A DNA stretch of 64,000 nucleotides from Candidatus Enterousia sp. (GTDB lineage Bacteria; Pseudomonadota; Alphaproteobacteria; Rs-D84): contig JAZLHA010000002.1 in NCBI GenBank assembly GCA_045616625.1, forward strand, positions 40,482 to 104,481. Direction: 5' to 3'. Below are positions 59,002 to 64,000 of this stretch, piece after piece. Under the pieces are notes generated by a model. The model saw nothing but the letters and a program-made list of their open reading frames with translations, made no database searches and was not told the DNA's origin. The position numbers and the translations under genes were made by a program. Numbering within the stretch: the first letter of the stretch is position 1; the number at the start of each line of letters is the position of its first letter.

Positions 59002-59616
59002 ATGCTAGAAACAGAAGAACTTTTAGGGTTAATTGAAAAACTGACGGCCTATCTTGCGGGCGGTTCGTTTAATAGTTTAATTAAATCTATGCAGGAATCT
59101 GGAACTTATGATAGATTTATGGAAATAATTCAACCTGAAGGTATTGAAAATATTACACCGTTGATTATGCGTCTAAATCGTGTTGGTGAACTGGATGAAT
59201 TTCTGCGTTTAATTAATTATAAAACAAATTTAAACTCAGGGAAAAACCAGTCTTCGAAGATTTTGATAATTGGACGGTCTGAAATAAAACCTGACGACAT
59301 TCAACAAATTGTCAGGGAATTACACCTTGACCCGAATCAAATAGAAATTATTAGAGAATTTGATAAATTAAAATCAACAGATTTTGCTTTCTTAAAAAAC
59401 AATTCTAAATACAAGTTAGTATTAGTCGGTCCAATGCCCCACAGCACCAAGACCAAGGATAAATACAATAGCGCAATTGTTAGATTACAGTCAGAGCGAG
59501 GTTTTCCAAGGACGATGCCATTAATAATAAACGGTAACTATAAGATTACGAAAACTAATATTAAACAAGCAATAGGTTCTGCCATTGAATCTGGACTAAT
59601 TCAATCCGGTATGTAA
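59002..59616 (+). CDS. Hypothetical cytoplasmic protein (alpha/beta C-domain with GPMPHS motif)
   Basis: 204-aa ORF; KILIIG…VLVGPMPHS…KITKT. Confidence 0.7.
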   Translation: MLETEELLGLIEKLTAYLAGGSFNSLIKSMQESGTYDRFMEIIQPEGIENITPLIMRLNRVGELDEFLRLINYKTNLNSGKNQSSKILIIGRSEIKPDDIQQIVRELHLDPNQIEIIREFDKLKSTDFAFLKNNSKYKLVLVGPMPHSTKTKDKYNSAIVRLQSERGFPRTMPLIINGNYKITKTNIKQAIGSAIESGLIQSGM

Positions 59617-59689
59617 AAATTATTATATAGACAAAATTTGTAGTATTTGCTACAAACCTCTTAAAGAAATATAAAGAAAGGGGTACGAT

Positions 59690-60256
59690 ATGGCAAATTT
59701 ACATTTTTTCTATGGCACTATGGGGGCGTCAAAAAGCACGAAACTCATTCAGGACAGATATAATTTCTTGCAGAAGCATGCAGATGTCTTGGTTATCAAA
59801 CCGCTAACAGATAGAACAAGTGAATCAAAAATCGTATCCAGAATTGGACTTAGTTGTCCAGCGGTAATCATGAAAGAAATAAAATTCCCTGAACAAACAC
59901 CAAATGTCATTATGATTGACGAAGTGCAATTCTTTACACCGCACGATATAGATTATTTGGTTAAATTTGCTGATAGTTCTAATAAATTGATATTTTGTTA
60001 TGGCTTGATGCTTGATATAAATGAACATTTGTTTCCTGCATCTCAACATTTGATAGAAGTTGGCGCAAAATTACATGAATTGCCATGCTCGTGTCAAATG
60101 GTGGGCTGTATGAATCTGGCGAACCATCATTTGCGTTATGATAAAAACGGTAATGTTATTAAAAATGGCAAAACTGTGGTTGTTGATGATGGTCAGGTGA
60201 CATATAAATCTGTGTGCCGCAGTTGTTATGATAGGGCCCTAGGTAAAGAAAGATAA
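59690..60256 (+). CDS. tdk: Thymidine kinase (type II)
   Basis: YGTMGASKS, IVSRIG, IDEVQF, YGL..D…F, Zn-binding Cys and YKSVCRSC. Confidence 0.92.
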   Translation: MANLHFFYGTMGASKSTKLIQDRYNFLQKHADVLVIKPLTDRTSESKIVSRIGLSCPAVIMKEIKFPEQTPNVIMIDEVQFFTPHDIDYLVKFADSSNKLIFCYGLMLDINEHLFPASQHLIEVGAKLHELPCSCQMVGCMNLANHHLRYDKNGNVIKNGKTVVVDDGQVTYKSVCRSCYDRALGKER

Positions 60257-60465
60257 ATAATCGACCGTTTTTGATCAATGTAACTTTCACTATTAGTATA
60301 TTTTATCCTTTTTACAATTTTGTTCTTTGGTTGTTCTGAAAATGGGTGTTCTAACCCCCCTTTTAGTTGATTGGACGTCAAACAATTAATTAAAATTAGG
60401 AAAAAATGTGTTGTTTTTATTATTGGTTTATTTTATACTAAGAACCATTATAAAAGGAGAAAATA

Positions 60466-61665
60466 ATGAAAAAATACGCAATTTTAACATCTGTATTAGC
60501 TTTAACAGCATGTGGCGGTGGTTCAGGTGGTGGTAATGCCCCTGTTGCCCAAGATTTAGGAATGCGTGTATCTAGTGATGCAATACTAAGTAATAAAAAT
60601 GTTACGTCTATGGCATCTGAAATTTTAATAGCAAAAGACGGAACGTCACCGAATATTGTTCGTTCTTCATCTGTAGTTAATGGTGGAACAGAATATATTG
60701 CCTATCACTTAGATGATGCAAAATTTTTTGGAAACGATATGAAATCAGATGAATATATATCATTTGGGATAGATAACAATGGTCAAATAGATAAAATGAT
60801 GTATCATTGGAACGAAGGTGGGTCTGATAAAACAGAATCTATGGATAGAAACGGTCCAAACACTAATATTTTTACAGAACACGTTTACAAATATAAAGTA
60901 GAGGTTGCTAGTGACACATATTATACAGATTCGTTGCCGATTGGGCAATATACCAAACAGCAGATAAAAGATGCTTTTGCTGATGCGTATAGAGGAGAAG
61001 AACCAGATTCTGTGTTTGACGAGATTAATAACAAAATTGATTCAACAGATATGCAACCGATAGAGTATGTGCATAATCATGTTATTGATTTACAGGGTAA
61101 AAATTTGCCAGATTCTCATAAATTAAGATATTCAGATTTTGGATACACAACAATACTTGCAAAAGAAATTAGCGAACCGGGTGATGGCGATGGCGATGAT
61201 AACACAGTTGTTTTCGGTGGGTATGCAATCAAAGAAATACAAAATCCTACACTAACTACTGATATGACATTTTCAGGAAAAGCCATTGCTGCTTTGGGGG
61301 GTATTCATCAAAATGGTGTAAAGAAAATAGAAACAGACGATACTGCTACAACATTAACCATTGATAATAATGGAAAACAGACACTGACAATGCCTTTTAA
61401 TGATTATTATACAATTAATGTTGAAAAATCACAAAATGGTAATGAAACTATTAGTTGGACAGGAAATACATCACTTGATTACGTTGACCCAGAAACAAGC
61501 GAACATAAAAACTTTGCATTGGATGCAAATCAACATGTAAACAATCAAGCTGTTAACGTCAAATACTATGGTGATGCAGGTGTGCCTTCAGAAGCAGTTG
61601 GTGGTATAGGTTTTCAAAATAACGGTGTCGAATTTAACGGGGCTTTTGGTGTTAAAGCACAATAA
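60466..61665 (+). CDS. Surface lipoprotein, TbpB/fHbp-like C-terminal barrel (copy 1)
   Basis: Lipobox LTA|C, GGGSGGG linker, LRYSDFG, FGGY, C-terminal FNGAFGVKAQ. Confidence 0.85.
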   Translation: MKKYAILTSVLALTACGGGSGGGNAPVAQDLGMRVSSDAILSNKNVTSMASEILIAKDGTSPNIVRSSSVVNGGTEYIAYHLDDAKFFGNDMKSDEYISFGIDNNGQIDKMMYHWNEGGSDKTESMDRNGPNTNIFTEHVYKYKVEVASDTYYTDSLPIGQYTKQQIKDAFADAYRGEEPDSVFDEINNKIDSTDMQPIEYVHNHVIDLQGKNLPDSHKLRYSDFGYTTILAKEISEPGDGDGDDNTVVFGGYAIKEIQNPTLTTDMTFSGKAIAALGGIHQNGVKKIETDDTATTLTIDNNGKQTLTMPFNDYYTINVEKSQNGNETISWTGNTSLDYVDPETSEHKNFALDANQHVNNQAVNVKYYGDAGVPSEAVGGIGFQNNGVEFNGAFGVKAQ

Positions 61666-61683
61666 TATAAAAGGAGTGATTAA

Positions 61684-62694
61684 ATGAAAAAATATGCAAT
61701 TTTAACATCTGTATTAGCTTTAACAGCATGTGCCGGCGGTTCTGGGGGTGGAAGTGCTGGCGGTGCGCTTAGTCCAGAGGAAAGTAATTTGGCTGTTACT
61801 GGTATGCGAACTTCAGTTGAGATTGATAAAAATGGTCATAGTGTGAATGTGCGTTCTGCTGTAACACCTCGTAATTCTGCTGTGGGGTATACAGAACTCT
61901 CTAATGGAAATAAGATTTATGATTTAAGAAATGTAAAGTTTACTTTCGGAGATGAACAGTTTGGGAAAGATTCACTAACCTTTGATGTAGATTCTGATAA
62001 AAAAATTACAAAGTTTATTATAGCAGAAGAGCATGGGGGTAAAAGAACATTTAACCGCATAGGTGACACAAATACATTTGAGGGTAAAGTTGATGTCGGA
62101 ACAGAAGAAGATGGGGTATTAACTTATAATTCTATGGGTAAAGATTTGGGGTTACAATACTCGGATTTCGGAAATTTTGATGTAAAAGTTGGTGGTGTAG
62201 GAATAAGCGATTGGGCTGTTCCTTTTGCTGGTGGATATGATGTTAAAAAGATAGATGCAGAAAATATATCTGATAATGCAACTTTTGAAGGTAGAGCGAC
62301 GGGATATGCGGCAAAAGTCACGGGCAATGTTGATGAAGCCGTTATGGTTCCTCTTGATTCCGATGCAAAGTTAGAATTTGATGGTGCTACACATACGAGT
62401 ACACTAACCGCCAATTTTGACAATTGGTATGATGTAAAATACACAGAATCGGGAACTACAAAAGAAATAGAGTTTTCAAATTATGTTGGAAATGGACCAC
62501 AATTTGATAAGACAACGTACAATTTAGATGATATAAATACAAACGAAAAACCAAAAATAGAATCAGATATTCATTATTATGGTGATGATGGTATTCCGAC
62601 CGAAGTAACGGGGGTAATTCAATTGCGTGAATGTTCTGGTGATTGCGGGGATTCTCCAGAAGTTCGTATGAATTTGGGTTTTGGTGCTAAATAA
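61684..62694 (+). CDS. Surface lipoprotein, TbpB/fHbp-like C-terminal barrel (copy 2)
   Basis: Same signal peptide; LQYSDFG, FAGGY, C-terminal MNLGFGAK. Confidence 0.85.
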   Translation: MKKYAILTSVLALTACAGGSGGGSAGGALSPEESNLAVTGMRTSVEIDKNGHSVNVRSAVTPRNSAVGYTELSNGNKIYDLRNVKFTFGDEQFGKDSLTFDVDSDKKITKFIIAEEHGGKRTFNRIGDTNTFEGKVDVGTEEDGVLTYNSMGKDLGLQYSDFGNFDVKVGGVGISDWAVPFAGGYDVKKIDAENISDNATFEGRATGYAAKVTGNVDEAVMVPLDSDAKLEFDGATHTSTLTANFDNWYDVKYTESGTTKEIEFSNYVGNGPQFDKTTYNLDDINTNEKPKIESDIHYYGDDGIPTEVTGVIQLRECSGDCGDSPEVRMNLGFGAK

Positions 62695-62708
62695 GAAAGG
62701 AAAAAATA

Positions 62709-63899
62709 ATGAAAAAATACGCAATTTTAACATCTGTATTAGCTTTAACAGCATGTGCCGGAGGTTCTGGGGGTGGAAACCCTCAAGTAGGAAATGAAAT
62801 CACTCCTAGGTCAGTAATAGTTTCAGATAGTGTGAAAGAATCAAACAAGGAAGTGGTAGGCAGTCTTGCAAGTCAAATTTTAGTTGCAAAAGACGGTGTT
62901 TCACCAACCATTGTCCGTTCTGCAACTGTAAATCACGAAGGTAAAGAATATACATTATATGATTTAAATGATGTTGAATTTAAAACAACATCTTTGAAAA
63001 TGAATACAGGTATTGATGATGGTGCCATCGTCACTTTTATTACAGATAAAAATGGCCAAATTGATAAAATTCATATGATAGCCGAAAATGAAACAAAAGA
63101 CACTAAATTAGAGGCTCTTGCAATCCGTGACGATAAAGATGAAGAAGGAAATTCATTTATTGCTATAGAGGGCGGTTATGTTAGCCCAGAAGGTTCGGAA
63201 AGTTCGGTAGATGCTATAGTTGGTTATCATAGTATAAATAAAAAGAATGAGATTGGATTAAGATATTCTGATGTTGGGGTTATAGCATGGGGTGATAGAA
63301 ATACAACAGACCTTGATACAAGCAATTATTTTGCTGGTGGTTATACCGTACAAAAAGTAAACCCGCAAGAGATTGATACTAATGTTACTTTTAAAGGAAC
63401 TGCAGAGGCTGTTGTTAGGGTTGGTTCCCTTGGTGAACACGAACCTACTTTTACAGAAGGCAAAAATCAACTTACTCTTGATGATGCAAATGCTACATTA
63501 GTATTTAATAAAGAGACAAAACAAAGTACATTAACCACTAATTTTGGAGATAATTGGTATGCTGTTAAAGCAACGATGGACAAAAATGGTAAATTGGATA
63601 CATTACAATTTGATAAAACTGGCAAAACTATAGACAATAAGTTTGCATGGAACGCTAGTCCAGATGAAAATGGTGTTATTAAAGCGCACAATAAAACAGA
63701 AGATATACAAGAAGGCGACCATGTTCGTACATTTGTTCATGACGGTTTTGTACAATATTATCACGATACAGATAGTAATGCACCAAAAGAATCTGTTATG
63801 GCTATAAGATATGCAGATAGTAATGGTGGTCCAAACAACGGGCAAGGTGGAGCAGAAAATATGAGATTTGATATGGGCTTTGGTGGTAAAGCTCAATAG
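62709..63899 (+). CDS. Surface lipoprotein, TbpB/fHbp-like C-terminal barrel (copy 3)
   Basis: Same signal peptide; LRYSDVG, FAGGY, C-terminal FDMGFGGKAQ. Confidence 0.85.
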   Translation: MKKYAILTSVLALTACAGGSGGGNPQVGNEITPRSVIVSDSVKESNKEVVGSLASQILVAKDGVSPTIVRSATVNHEGKEYTLYDLNDVEFKTTSLKMNTGIDDGAIVTFITDKNGQIDKIHMIAENETKDTKLEALAIRDDKDEEGNSFIAIEGGYVSPEGSESSVDAIVGYHSINKKNEIGLRYSDVGVIAWGDRNTTDLDTSNYFAGGYTVQKVNPQEIDTNVTFKGTAEAVVRVGSLGEHEPTFTEGKNQLTLDDANATLVFNKETKQSTLTTNFGDNWYAVKATMDKNGKLDTLQFDKTGKTIDNKFAWNASPDENGVIKAHNKTEDIQEGDHVRTFVHDGFVQYYHDTDSNAPKESVMAIRYADSNGGPNNGQGGAENMRFDMGFGGKAQ

Positions 63900-63904
63900 G
63901 TCTT

Positions 63905-64000
63905 ATGAAACCTTATTTACTACTTTTAACAGCAATATTTCTGCCGATCTTCGCATCGGCAGAATCAACTGCTATAAAAAAAGATAAAGAAAACACAGAA
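63905..64000 (+). CDS. 5' part of a secreted protein (runs off the window)
   Basis: MKPYLLLLTAIFLPIFASA|ESTAIKK… open to the window end. Confidence 0.6.
   Translation, partial: MKPYLLLLTAIFLPIFASAESTAIKKDKENTE

Noticed and set aside
60466-63899. Diversity-generating retroelement behind lipoprotein variation
   Set aside because: No reverse transcriptase and no TR/VR pair differing only at adenines; the shared DNA is at the 5' ends.

Overview
A gene-dense, AT-rich bacterial chromosome segment. GcrA, an alphaproteobacterial-type LysM protein, an XRE regulator and an RpoH-type dnaK promoter point to a streamlined alphaproteobacterium. It resembles gut Rs-D84/'Ca. Enterousia'-like organisms, but that placement is inference. 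Housekeeping genes: ruvB, argS, leuS, hisS, prfA, secA, dnaE, dnaK, lpxA/lpxB, tkt, gpmI, pfkA, rpiB, rplY, rnhA, rsmH, rsmD, acpS, mscL, aroK. There are six tRNAs and a compact RNase P RNA. Lineage-specific secreted or surface proteins are interspersed among these. Most notable: (1) a dif site at 29812-29839 with a ~80-bp AT-only palindrome nearby; (2) a leader upstream of 28472 resembling the phage C4/CI antisense RNA and ending in a switchable terminator, in front of a chimeric secreted protein (phage-tail-like lectin fold + Eph-receptor-like Cys repeat); (3) three decayed copies of the tRNA-Pro 3' end bracketing cargo genes (DapA-family enzyme, FkbM methyltransferase); (4) three tandem TbpB/fHbp-like lipoproteins with near-identical 5' DNA and diverged bodies; (5) two large Cys-patterned secreted paralogs; (6) a secreted-protein cluster beside a prepilin peptidase; (7) a two-gene CPVC/CCIE module. 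No CRISPR array, integrase, transposase or rRNA was seen.
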